The notes under the pieces: model-generated
The model's database searches: none
What the model saw: only the letters and a program-made list of their open reading frames with translations
What the model was told of the DNA's origin: nothing
Made by a program: the position numbers and the translations under genes
Part shown: piece after piece, positions 26,750 through 38,744 of the stretch
Numbering within the stretch: position 1 is the stretch's first letter
How the letters are laid out: every line of letters starts with the position of its first letter
From: Octopus vulgaris
Lineage: Eukaryota
DNA: 64,000 bases
NCBI GenBank assembly: GCA_951406725.2
Contig: OX597817.1
Span: 17,608,001-17,672,000 of the forward strand
Direction: 5' to 3'

Positions 26750-27168
26750 CCTCAAGGAATGTGAAGACGCAGGCTGGAAAGCGGAGCATTTTCCTATCGA
26801 AGTCGGATGTAGAGGGTTTGTTGGACACAGCGTGAGACGACTGTTGTTATCGCTAGGCCTAACTTATCGTAAAGTCAATACCACCATGACTGATATCCAA
26901 TCTACAGTGGAGAAGGCTAGCCACTGGATTTGGTTAAAAAGAGACGATGAGCGATGGCTAGAAGTATATTGAGTTTAACTTCATAACCAGCTGATCTAGC
27001 AAGCGGGGCCTCATATCAGTGAGGTGGGGCCGGTGCACATTGATGCCGTCGAGAGGTAGGCCCCGAAACGGCGCGCTTTCTCTCCTGATGACCCCATACA
27101 CTTGCTAGCTTCCGGTAAATGGAGCTTTTAACTGGTAGCACTTGCATGTGCAAGTTGTTTGCAAGACA
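26750..27168 (+). mobile_element. 3' end of a HERO-like RLE non-LTR retrotransposon, inserted in an old SINE-A copy (26536-27295)
   Basis: Open frame ECEDAGWKAEHFPIEVGCRGFVG...VEKASHWIWLKR, stop at 26972, then a structured GC-rich 3' UTR; host SINE resumes at CAGTAACTTAGCAG near 27171. Confidence 0.8.
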
Positions 27169-27412
27169 TCCAGTAACTTAGCAGTTTGGCATAGAGACTG
27201 AATAAGTACTGGAGTTGATTTGTTTGACTAAAACCCTTAAAAAAGGGTGACCCAGCATACCATGGTCCAATGACTGAAACAAGTAAAAGATAAAACATTT
27301 CAGACTACGTTATTCAATAAATATATCTTTCTCACTTTTATAACAGCAGTGTTATAAAGGAGATTTGGCTGCTATTTCTATCAGGTTGGGTGATCATGTT
27401 GCAGCTCCTTAA

Positions 27413-27632
27413 CCCTTTTGTTACTAACCCGGCCAAAGCCGGCTCTGGCTCTGTGGTAAAATGTCTTGTTTTTATAAGTTTTGAATTAAAATCTTCCACC
27501 AAAATTTAGTCACAATTTACGCTCCAAACACTAGCTGAATGATAACCAAGTTATTTTACTAAATTCTTTGTTATATTTAAAGTAATTGAAAGAAACACAG
27601 AGCATCTCAAAATAAATACAGTAACGAAAGGG
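27413..27632 (+). mobile_element. piggyBac-like MITE family 1
   Basis: CCCTTTTGTTACT / AGTAACGAAAGGG termini with TTAA on both sides. Confidence 0.88.
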
Positions 27633-28907
27633 TTAAAGAAGCAGATGAATGGTTGCACAAAAGGTGCCGGATCCACTGACTCAAGTGGACTTGAACATTT
27701 GTAGTGTTTTGTTCCTGGGAAAGGTTCGTTAATTTCATTGTCTTAGCCTGGCATGCGTATGAAAAGCAACCGCTCCTTCACTGTCGAGTACCACTGGACT
27801 GTGTTTTACGCATTTCCTCAGTACATAGAAAGAAGTTATAATGCTAGCAAGATAACATTACCATAAATTGAAATGCACATGCTTATACAAAATTTAATTA
27901 ATCAATGATTTTTTTTTTTTTTCTGTTTTGTACAAAACATCTAAAATTAATTATTATCATTTAACATGTTTGAAATAAATTAAATATAAATGTCCTTTCT
28001 AGTTTCTACTATAACCCTATAAGAAATGGATCTGACAAAATAATTTCAGGTTTTATTTTTTTTTTATGCCTTTTTAATTTAGCAACTTTGTGTCATTGAA
28101 AACTTTGCCTTTAGATTTCCATGTGTCATGTATGAGATATTTAACATCAGTTTATCTCTTCCTGGTATCAAAGGGTTGTTCTCAGTAGAAGTTTTTGTTC
28201 ACTATCCAGTGCTTCCAGTGTGACTAAAAATGCTATGGTATTTATCTGACACTCTCACCAACATTTCACTCCTAGCTGTTTGATATTAATATCCTTCAAT
28301 CATCTTCACCAATTTATCCAACTCTTACTATCCATCATGCTCTTGCCTCTCATCACTCTTGTACTGATGTCCACGATAAAATGCATCCTGAGTACTCTGT
28401 TAAGTGTGAGGCCAATGAGTCTCTTTTATTTTTGCTTAAATACACACACACACACACACACACATATATATCATCATCATCATCATCATCTAACATCTGT
28501 TTTCCATGCTAGCATGAGTTGGATGGTTCAATCGCGGTCTGGGAAGCCAGGAGGCTGCACCAGGCTCCAATCTGATCTGGCAGTGTTTCTACAGCTGGAT
28601 GCCCTTTCTAACGCCAACCACTCCGTGAGTGTAGTGGGTGCTTTTTATGTGCCACCGGCACAGGGGCCAGAGGAGGCTGGTAACTGCCATGATCGATTGG
28701 TGCTTTTTGCGTGCTACCAGCACGTATATCACAACTACAATTTCCATTTGATTTTTATTTTGATGTTGATGTACTTGACTCAGTAGGTCTCCTCAAGCAC
28801 AGCAGGTCGCCCTACGATCCAAGGTAAGCACAACACTAGTTGTCAAGCAGTGGTGGTGGACAAACACAGCCACGAAGGCACACATAGGGGTTTGTACTGT
28901 CTGTCAA

Positions 28908-29395
28908 GTCACAACAAGGACCTCAGACAGTACTTTACACAGTATGTGGGAATTTCCAAGTTAAGCTGATTTTTGCAATACACCCAAGATTGTAGGGTAT
29001 TTTTAAAGTTTTCAAATGTTTCTTCAGGTTGGGTGGCATTGAACCCAATGCTCTGATGACAACAGGAACAACCTTTATGTCTGACTCTTGCAGCTGCCAC
29101 ATCTTGGCAATCTCAATTCTCAGGTCTCCATATTTATCAACCTTTTCTCTTTCTTTCATGATAATATGTTGATCTCCCGACACTGCCACATCAATTATTA
29201 GGCAATCTTATTTGCCCGTCCTAAAAGTTGCTATATCCAGCCTTTGGTACTCTAACACCTTGTCTGTTTGGAAGTCAAAGTTCCAGAGGATCTTTGCGTT
29301 CCCATTTTCATCCATTACCATTTCTGGTGTATGTTGGTACCAAGCACCCATTACCTCATGTCCATACTTCCAGCATAGTAACCAGTGTGTGTAAT
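28908..29395 (-). mobile_element. R4/Dong-like RLE non-LTR retrotransposon, C-terminal fragment
   Basis: DFQTDKVLE, CLIIDVAVSGD, KEREKVDKYGDL, VVPVVIRALG endonuclease-region motifs. Confidence 0.8.
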
Positions 29396-29449
29396 TTCAG
29401 AGCATCCTCCTCCACTGCTTATTAGATCACTTAGGTAACAGAAGCTATC

Positions 29450-29866
29450 GGATCTTTTCGGTTTGAACGGCAGTTTTTTCTAGCGGTGTCATATGAAATT
29501 GTCACCCATAATTATGACCCTAGTATCGATCTATTGCATTTCAATCTGTTTTAGGGTTAGGGTTAGGGGTGGGGGGAAGGATATCTTTCTTTCTTCAGAA
29601 ATGTAAATAAACCAAATCTGTTTCTTAAACGAGGGACATTTTCATACGGCAGAGAATCTTTTCACCTCAATAGACGTCATTGATTGATTGAAATTGCAGA
29701 AATTGAAGAAAAACAACAACAAATATCTTACAAACTATAGAATTTTCTCAATAAAGGCAAGAGAAAAAGATGTTTTATAAACACATTCTACCAGTATACG
29801 AAGTTTTAAAGTGTTTAGTTATGTGGAAATTATTTTTAAAAACTACCGTTCAAACCGAAAAGATCC
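29450..29866. mobile_element. Merlin-like MITE
   Basis: TIR GGATCTTTTCGGTTTGAACGG / CCGTTCAAACCGAAAAGATCC; perfect 8-bp TSD AAGCTATC (29442-29449, 29867-29874). Superfamily inferred from GG termini and TSD length. Confidence 0.85.
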
Positions 29867-30049
29867 AAGCTATCTACTACATCTGGGTGTCCTCCTGGAC
29901 ATTTGAGAAAGTCTATTTGCCATATGCTTTTAATGTTTACTACTTTTGCCCTTATGTCATATACAAATTCTACTTTTTCTGTTAATTTGCCTGTGAAACC
30001 ACTGCACCTCTGAGCCTATTGTTTGCAGTGAGTACACCATATGAGATTT

Positions 30050-30375
30050 CTACATACTCATTTTCTGCATTGAGCAAGACTATTTCCTTGATTGATGTAG
30101 AGTCTTGTCTGTTTTCATGCTTACTAAAACTTTGCTAAGTTAACTTTGAAACTGTTTAATTCCAGGTTTTGCTTCCACACCTGGAATTTCTTTTCCAATT
30201 CTAATACAGATTCAGCAATAAGAATGAGTTTATCAGCATATAGCATTCCCCAGGGATATCTAATCTCAAATTCCTCTACCTACATACTAAATTTGTTATT
30301 GTATTTGTTACTAATTTTCTCCTTACTAACACCACATCTGTTCATGGCTTGTATGACTCTCACAAGCCATCCATT
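30050..30375 (-). mobile_element. Decayed RTE RT fragment
   Basis: WLVRVIQAM...PWGMLYADKLILIAES..KFQVWKQNLE, homologous to ORF 783..1124. Confidence 0.75.
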
Positions 30376-31093
30376 GCTGGTGACAACTCCCCATACCAAA
30401 ACAGAGATACCGCCATGTTTCACAGTTGGTTGGAGTTGTTTCAAATCAAATTCTTGATTAGGAAACCAAACACATCCACTGTCTGAAAATAATGCAAATC
30501 TGGATTTATCTGAGAAAATCACTCTATCCCGAAATGAACTGGATTTTTCTGACATCTACTTAGCCGATTTTTTCTTTTCATGATATTAATTGGTTGAAGG
30601 AGAGGTTTTCTTCTAGCTGCTCGTCCATTATACCCAAGCTTATGCAAATATGTAACACATGCTCTTGGACTAACTTCTAGCTGTTTTGCAATGTCAGAAG
30701 CCTTCGGACAGGGTTCGTTTTCCACAATTCTCTTCAAACAGCAAAGCTTCCTTTCCAAAGGTCCAGGTCGGCTAGGATGAGAATCTGTTGATCCTTTTCC
30801 TTGGCTTTTGAATTGCGCTATAATTCTATTGACAGTAGCAAGAGGAATTTGAAGATTTTCGGCAATTTTTCACTGGCTAAGACCAGCCTTAGCTTGCCCA
30901 ACAATATGAGCTCTTTGAAAATCTGACAGTTCTGAATTTTTTGTGCATGGCATGGTTACTCTTCGCAGATGTTTAATATAATGACACCTGGAATGGAAAA
31001 GCATAATTACATTGTAAATTCTACACTGCTGAAAACATATTAAGATGCTTAGATTAGAAATTTTCAAAAATTAGAGGTGTCTATTTACTCCCT
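30376..31093 (-). mobile_element. Tc1-family transposase pseudogene, 5' portion
   Basis: ELSDFQRAHIVG (HTH), RAARRKPLL, VIFSDKSRF (first catalytic D region), TVKHGGISVLVWG; frameshifted and truncated. Confidence 0.88.
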
Positions 31094-31117
31094 GCATGTC
31101 TGTGTGTGTATGTATAT

Positions 31118-31163
<46 letters not shown>

Positions 31164-31449
31164 TTATATATTTATATATAGATATATATATATATATGTG
31201 TATATATTTATATATAGATGTATGTATGTGTCTGTATTTGTCCCTCCCACAACCACCACTTGACAACTGGTGCTGGTGTGTTTACATCCTTGTAACTTAG
31301 CAGTTCAGCAAAAGAAACCAATAGAGTAAGTAGTAGGCTTTAAAAAAAATAAGCCACAGGGTTGATTTGTTTTGACAAAAACCTTAAGGCGGTGCCCCAT
31401 CATAGCCGTAGTCAAATGACTGAAGCAAGTAGAAGATAAAAGATATATA

Positions 31450-31497
<48 letters not shown>

Positions 31498-32048
31498 TGC
31501 TCACACAATTTGTGTTATTTGTTTGATTTTTATCTATTTATATCCTTATGCCTACACAGAATTGTTTGCCACTATTTTACCAATTAAATGTAACAAATAA
31601 ATATATACATACACACATGTACACATACACACTTATGTATATACTTAGGTTTGGGTGCGTAAGTGCATGTTTAAATTTGAATACACAAATATGAGATTTT
31701 TTCAAGTTTTTTTAAGTTCCCGACATCATCATGAAAACCAAATTTAAGTGGATTTCCTTATTTATTATTAGAATGAGTATGCTAGGAAGATTTTGTATTT
31801 GCTATCTACATCAATGTGACTATTGTATTTTCTGTGTACGTGTCTTTGTCTCTGTGTTTGTGTAAACATGTGAAGTGAGTATGTGTGCCAAACTATCATT
31901 TATCCTTTTTGAAAACTATCTTTTCTTTTCTTTATAATTTAGAAATACTTTCTTTCTCTGATAAATTAAATTCATTTCTGATATTTATGGTTGTGTATCT
32001 TATTCAAAATATACCAAAAAAGAGTATGTGAAATATACTATCATTTAA

Positions 32049-32270
32049 CCCTTTTGTTACCATATTCCTGTTGAGATGCTCTGTGTTTCTTTCAATTAAT
32101 TTTAAATATAACAAAGAATTTAGTAAAAGAACTTAGTTATCATTAAGCTAGTGTTGGGAACATAAATTGTGACTAAGGTTTGGTGGAAGATTTTAATTCA
32201 AAACTTACGAAAACAAGACATTTATACTAGAGAGCCAGAGGCGGTTTCGGCCGGGTTGGTATCAAAAGGG
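32049..32270 (-). mobile_element. piggyBac-like MITE family 1
   Basis: TTAA-CCC...GGG-TTAA; reverse complement of 27413-27632. Confidence 0.88.
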
Positions 32271-32274
32271 TTAA

Positions 32275-32494
32275 CTCTTTAGTGTTTAAACCGGCCATAT
32301 CCGGCCAAAATATTTTACCTATTTTATGTTCAAACTAGTCAGATATGGTCATTCATAGCTACCTTATTGTGTCATTTTAAAAATGAACAATCACATCATT
32401 GAAATCTCAAAGCCATGAAATGATGCAAGATTAATTTTATATGTTGTGAATACATAAGCTTTACATTTGACAGAATAATCTGAATGCTAAAGGG
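32275..32494 (+). mobile_element. piggyBac-like MITE family 2
   Basis: Shares TTAA 32271-32274 with the preceding MITE, ends CTAAAGGG-TTAA; further copies near 35184-35404(-), 56912-57130, 62668-62850, and one split near 53645-54050. Confidence 0.85.
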
Positions 32495-32712
32495 TTAAAC
32501 AGCTAAAGTTTAGAATATGAATAATATGAAACATTGGTTGGTGCTGGCTGAAACATTACCTCAGCCTTTTTTGTATTGATAGTAAGGCCAAAGCTGTTGC
32601 AGACACTAGAAAACAAGTCAACGCTGTGCTTGGACGCAGTGGCAGTAAATAAAACAAATACACCAATGTTTGGCAGGCCATATATGTACTGTGTGCTGGG
32701 CAACTGTTTTAA

Positions 32713-32930
32713 CCCTTTTGTTACCAACCCGGCCAAGACCGGTTCTGGCTCTGAGTACAAATGTCTTGTTTTCATAAGCTTTGAATTGAAATCTTCCACC
32801 AAACCTTAGTCACAATTTATGTTCCTAACACTAGCTGAATGATCACTAAGTTATTTTACTAAATTTGTTATATTTAAGATTAATTGAAAGAAAAATAGAG
32901 TATCTCAAAATAAATACAGTAATGAAAGGG
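32713..32930 (+). mobile_element. piggyBac-like MITE family 1
   Basis: TTAA-CCCTTTTGTTAC...GTAATGAAAGGG-TTAA. Confidence 0.88.
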
Positions 32931-33109
32931 TTAATGGTTATAAAACACATACACCCAGTAAATTCAGTTCATTCCACATTCCTATGAAACTTCAAATTGC
33001 ATGAAGCCAAGCCAGACTGTTATTAAATAATCCATGCAACTCCTGCTAAATGTGTTGAGTGTACACCCTTTTGTTTTTTGTCTTGTTTGTCTACTCAGTC
33101 ATATTTATA

Positions 33110-33324
33110 TGAGGGGGGTGGGAGTGAAAAGTTCCTGGCTTTGGGTAAAAGAAAATACAGGAGGATCAGTCAATTAAGATTTTATTCATTCCACTCTCAG
33201 ATTCACACACTTATCGCAGTAGTCCTTCAGTTTTTCTAAACCTGTAAAAGATCTCGAAAGGTTGGGTCTTCAACCAGTTCTTTCAGGATACCCTTAAAAC
33301 CAAAAACTTTTCAGCACCCCCTCA
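33110..33324. mobile_element. Tc1/mariner-type MITE
   Basis: TA-TGAGGGGG..TGAAAAGTT / AACTTTTCAGCACCCCCTCA-TA; inverted second copy near 54330-54527. Confidence 0.8.
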
Positions 33325-33340
33325 TATAACTATATCTATT

Positions 33341-33402
<62 letters not shown>

Positions 33403-33444
33403 CTGTGTATGTATGTATGTATATATATATATATACATATATAT

Positions 33445-33647
33445 TTCAAAATGTGACCTCGTCTGTACCGTTGGTGATTTTTTTTTCCTCTGACTTCCTT
33501 TCTCTGGATCTTCCCTTCTCCTATGTTTCTGAAGAAGATCTCCGCTCGAAACGTTAAACTCTCCTTTCCTGAGCGTCCAATAATACTATATTTGTTCCAC
33601 GTCCTCGCATTGTTGTTTTTTTGTGCTTTCTTGTTTGGATAAACTTT
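33445..33647 (+). mobile_element. Penelope-like terminal repeat fragment in (TA)n with a minimal type I hammerhead motif (33525-33559)
   Basis: GTTT-CTGAAGA-A-GATC TCC GCTC-GAAA-CGT-T-AAAC; TA runs on both sides. Confidence 0.75.
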
Positions 33648-34071
33648 ATATATATATATATATATGTGTGTATGTAGAAGGTTTACTTGTTCCACTCGTC
33701 AGACTGCACCCCTTGAAGAACTATAGTCGAACTTATTGACCCTAGTACTTATTTTTTCATAAAGGCATATGGCCTAGTGGTTATGGTGTTCCACTCATAA
33801 TTACAAGATTGTAATTTCAGTTCCCAGACCGGTGGTGTGTTGTGTTCTTGAACAAAACTCAGACTGGAACCTGGTACAGATCTCCAGCTTACCAGTTCCA
33901 GTCAAACTGTCCAACCCATGATAGCATGGAGAATGGATGATGATACACACATACACACTTGTGTGTGAGAGTGGGAAACAAATTTGATTTGCTAAAATAA
34001 AATATTTTAGCATTTAATTATATTTTCTTATCCTGCTTCTCCATATTGAATACTGTTGTAGTTATATTTTC

Positions 34072-34240
34072 AATCGAAGGAGAGGGGCTTTCTCCGTCCG
34101 GGTTGTGGATCCGTGGAACAAGCTGCCAGACGAGATGGTGAAGATGCTGACGACCGCTTTGTTCAAAGTCTCCATGTCCCCCTACATGGCCTTGCTTTTT
34201 GCTTTTTGAGCCAAAATTAACTAACTAACTAACTAACTAA
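34072..34240 (+). mobile_element. CR1-type LINE 3' end
   Basis: RRRGAFSVRVVDPWNKLP...FK motif followed by a (TAAC)n tail. Confidence 0.8.
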
Positions 34241-35440
34241 GTTGAAATAATAGAGTAGTTTCCTCTAGTTGTTTCTAAGGTTTAGTCAATGTACCTATTA
34301 TCACCTGATGTCTTTTTTGGGTTTTTTTTTCTGGTATGAAAGCAAAACAGATTAAAGAGATTCAATGTCTGTTACAAATAGTGTAGGAGTTTGATGTTTT
34401 GCAGGAATCATTGGGTGGCGTTGATTTTTGGCATAAGAAGTAAGTGTATAACAATAAAATAGAACAGATGTTTTTGTTCTTTAACCCTAAGCCAATCCCC
34501 ATCGGGGAAAAAACCTGTAATCAGAAGTGTCTCAGCCATAACCATTGTATCTTTTTTGAATATACAGAACTTCCTTTTTTTTATATTGTATGAGGGGGAT
34601 TGGCTGACATTTCTAGCTACTCATGCAAACATGTGAAGTTTCTCACGCAAAGAACAAGAAATTGTCATATATAGTCAAATGTATTTTTTTAATTTTCTTG
34701 ATTATGCTCAGTATAAATAAATGTATGTATGTATGTATGTATGTATGTCTGTATGTATGTATGTATGTATCAATCATCATTTTACAAGGCCTCCCTTTGG
34801 CAATCCATTTAGTTCCCTTTTACAGCATGCTGGGTTATGGTGTATTACTGTTCTAAACACAGTGTACACAATACAAATGCATGTATTTGTATATATATAC
34901 ACATTTCATCCAGTAAATTAAATACAGATGCCTACCTGGGGTCAATTTTATCAACATCATTCTTGATTTTCTCATGTTACCTCTCACCATCACTGAACAT
35001 CTCTCCTTGTAAACATATATGTTCAGTATAATGACTTATACTTCTGCAGGGTCAGAAATTATTTCAACTCTCACCCCTGCTCATCAACTACCAACCCTCA
35101 ACAAACATTCAACAGTGAATACCCCACACACACACACACACACACAAAAACATATACAAAAGCCTTACAACTTATTGGTTTAACCCTTTAGTGTTCGCAC
35201 TATTCTGCCAAAATTAATCCTTTTTGATCCACATTGTTTTGAACTAATCATGCATTATCTTGTAGCTATGAGATTTTGATGAGGTAGCTGTTAATTTTTC
35301 AAACGATATTGTAGGGTTGGTGTGAGAGACCAGATCTGGCCAGTTTGAACATAAAACAAGCAGAATACTTTTGGCCGGATATGACCGGTTTAAATGCTAA
35401 AGGGTTAAGGCTGCTTGCCAACACACTGCACTATGTAGAC

Positions 35441-35811
35441 CAGTGGTTTTCAACCAGGGTTCCGCGGAACCTTAGGGTTCTGCCAGTACAGTCCAGGGGT
35501 TCCGCAAGAAGTTACAAAACTGCTAAAATCGGCAGTAGTTTTTAATTCTCCTGTGCAGATATACTCCTTTACTTGTTTCAGTCATTTGACTGCGGCCATG
35601 CTGGAGCACCGCCTTTTAGTCGAGCAACTCGACCCCGGGACTTATTCTTTTTGTAAGCCCAGTACTTATTCTATCGGCCTCTTTTTGCCGAACCGCTAAG
35701 TGATGGGGACTTATGTGTGCATAAGATTATTAAATTATTGCACAGGGGTTCCCCGAGCCAGTGGAATGTTTCCTTGGGGTTCCGCTCCAGCAAAAAGTTT
35801 GAAAAGCACTG
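35441..35811 (-). mobile_element. hAT-type MITE (same family as 2427-2645) containing a 5'-truncated SINE-A (about 35562-35710)
   Basis: TIRs CAGTGGTTTTCAA / TTGAAAAGCACTG; perfect 8-bp TSD ATGTAGAC. Confidence 0.9.
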
Positions 35812-36027
35812 ATGTAGACTATGGCTGTATCATCTCAATAGCACTAGAGGCTTTCAGGCAAAGCATTGCACTAGTGTCCCTGCATGCACAACCACAACAT
35901 AGCTTTGGGCCCTCTAGGACAGCTTTGGGCCCTCTAGGACATGGGACACACAATGTGTTTATGTCTTCCCATTCAATCTCTGTTAGCACTAAGTAGCCTT
36001 TGTCTCTCAAATTTGGCTTGTCTCATA

Positions 36028-36629
36028 CCTATTTCTTTACTACCCACAAGGGGCTAAACATAGAGGGGGACAAACAAGGACAGACATAGGTATTAAGTCG
36101 ATTACATCAACCCCAGTGCGTAACTGGTACTTTAATTTATCGACCCCGAAAGGATGAAAGGCAAAGTCGACCTCGGCGGAATTTGAACTCAGAACGTAAC
36201 GCCAGACGAAATGCCTATTTCTTTACTACCCACAAGGGGCTAAACATAGAGGGGACAAACAAGGACAGACATAGGTATTAAGTCGATTACATCGACCGCA
36301 GTGCGTAACTGGCACTTAATTTATCGACCCCGAAAGGATGAAAGGCAAAGTCGACCTCGGCGGAATTTGAACTCAGAACGTAACGCCAGACGAAATGCCT
36401 ATTTCTTTACTACCCACAAGGGGCTAAACATAGAGGGGACAAACAAGGACAGACATAGGTATTAAGTCGATTACATCAACCCCAGTGCGTAACTGGCACT
36501 TAATTTATCGACCCCGAAAGGATGAAAGGCAAAGTCGACCTCGGCGGAATTTGAACTCAGAACGTAACGCCAGACGAAATACGGCTACGCATTTCGCCTG
36601 GTGTGCTAACGATTCTGCCAGCTCGCACC
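36028..36629 (-). mobile_element. tRNA-derived SINE family C, tandem trimer (one head, three bodies of about 185 bp)
   Basis: Units start at 36028, 36214, 36398; A box TGGCAGAATCGT, B box GAGTTCAAATTCC, core GCCTTTCATCCTTTCGGGGTCGATAAA. Confidence 0.9.
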
Positions 36630-37966
36630 TGCCCTCAACCACTCTTGATTCACTCGTGTCTCCTCCGTTCATCACCAATGTTATGTCAACCTTCCCAGGT
36701 GCCAGGGCCTACTAAATCTATACTCACACCTTTCTATTGACCGGTATGAATTATTTTTTCAGTTTCAATGTTCTCATATGACTTGCATTAGCAACTTTGT
36801 GCAGCAGGATAAGTTATTTTTACTAATGTCCAAAATAAGAAATATAACACCACCTTCACTCAAAGAAAATATACTTATATATACAAAGAAAAAAGAAAAG
36901 AAACGATGGAGGCAAAAGGTAAAATATGTGCAAGAAAGTATTGGGAAAAATAAATAAAAATCTATTTAAAAGCCGGAATCGTATTACCTCTCTCTAAGTT
37001 GGTATGCTATGTTCCTAAAGGATAAGACAGGGGGGGGTCATCTAGCTGAACTGGGGCAACTGGTAGTCTGGCATACCTGATTATAAACAAATGCACCAAG
37101 GAGATAAAGATTTATTTCAAGCAGAGCAAGACCAGGTAGCTGACTGTGTAAATATTCTTTAAATTACTTCTTATTCCTTCTGTTTTACAATGTTTTTCTA
37201 TTTTTTTTAATGTACCTACTCACTTTCTTCTCTCTCTTTGTCATCCTTTTCTTTCTTCCTCTTCTACTTTATATATACCTTTCTTTTCTACTGTCTTCAT
37301 TTGTCACAATCCATCATTACCAAGCTGATTATTTAGAAAACTGTGTTGACATTGTCATCCAATCCGTTTGGTCATTACATCCTAACTAATGCTTGTTTCG
37401 CTTGTTCTTGATTTTTGTTGTTTTTAATGTAAACAAGTGAGATCCTGCTGTATATATCTGTTTTTAATATTGTATAGAGAAGCACTCAGCAAAGCAACTA
37501 ATATTAACCCCTGAGTTCTATATGGTTACCCAAGGGTCAATAGGCACCTAAAATGATTTTGAGCATTAAGTAAACTGAATCTGGAAGACTGCAGTAATTT
37601 AAGGCTAAAATTCGCTAATTTTCAGCCAAATATCAAATCAACAACTAGTATTCACCGAACATATTTCACATTAAATATTCCATCGATGTCAATATAATTT
37701 GACTGAATTTTTTTATTTTCATCAATTTCTTTAAATATTTCTTATTAAAAAGTGATAATGTCACAAAAGAATGGAGGAATTATTGCTTTTAAATCAAGAA
37801 ATTTTTTTATAAATTATACTTTTTAATTCTTTTAGAAATTTTCATGATGAGTGTCAAATAGTTGTCAATGATTCTCTGAAAGGGTCTGTGATTGCCAACT
37901 GCTGTTTTAGAGTAATTTAAAAACTTATACAACGATGACTCCTAGTTTACTTATTCTCTCTCTCTC

Positions 37967-38023
<57 letters not shown>

Positions 38024-38744
38024 ACACACACACACACACGTTTGATGAGTGCTATTGCATAAATTTCTAGGAGGAATAAATAAAAGAAATGCTATTAAGA
38101 TCTAGCAGAAGCTGTCAAAGTCTAGACTACTTTAATCATTTAGTTAACACTGATAAATTATTTATTGGATTTGCCAGCACATACTTTAAAACTAGATTTG
38201 ATAAGGTCAAATAGAGTATCCTTGAGCAGAAGGTCGCTAACCTTATTTTCTTAAATTTTGTACATCATAGATGTATGCAGAGAGGAGTGAGAACTGTAGT
38301 TTTGAATCTCTATTTAACAAAGGTCACAATCTGGAACAGATTGTTGATAAACAGGCATTGTTATATGACCTGGAGCCCTGTAAAATTATGCCATTTTTGG
38401 TTTATATTATATTTTAGAAAAAAAATCTTCAGATATTGAACTATCAGAAACGTGTGTGTATGTGTATTACTCTAAATTACCTTATCTGGTCTCTTAACTT
38501 AATTAGTCACTTTTATTTATTATGTGAAATTGATAATTAAGATCCTTGACTTTTGTAATCAGAGGTACCCGGCTATCAATGGGATTTATGAGATTAATGC
38601 CTTCCTCGAGAGAATATGAACAATAGAAATGAAATGAACTAAGTGGCAGTTCCTCTGGGAATATTACATTAGATAAGAAACATCAAACTGGAACTAAGCA
38701 TCTTCCCTTAAAATCTTTTAGGAACAAAAGTATTTCCCTTTTTC

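Noticed and set aside
35901-35940. Perfect 20-bp tandem duplication
   Set aside because: Ordinary local slippage with no further structure.
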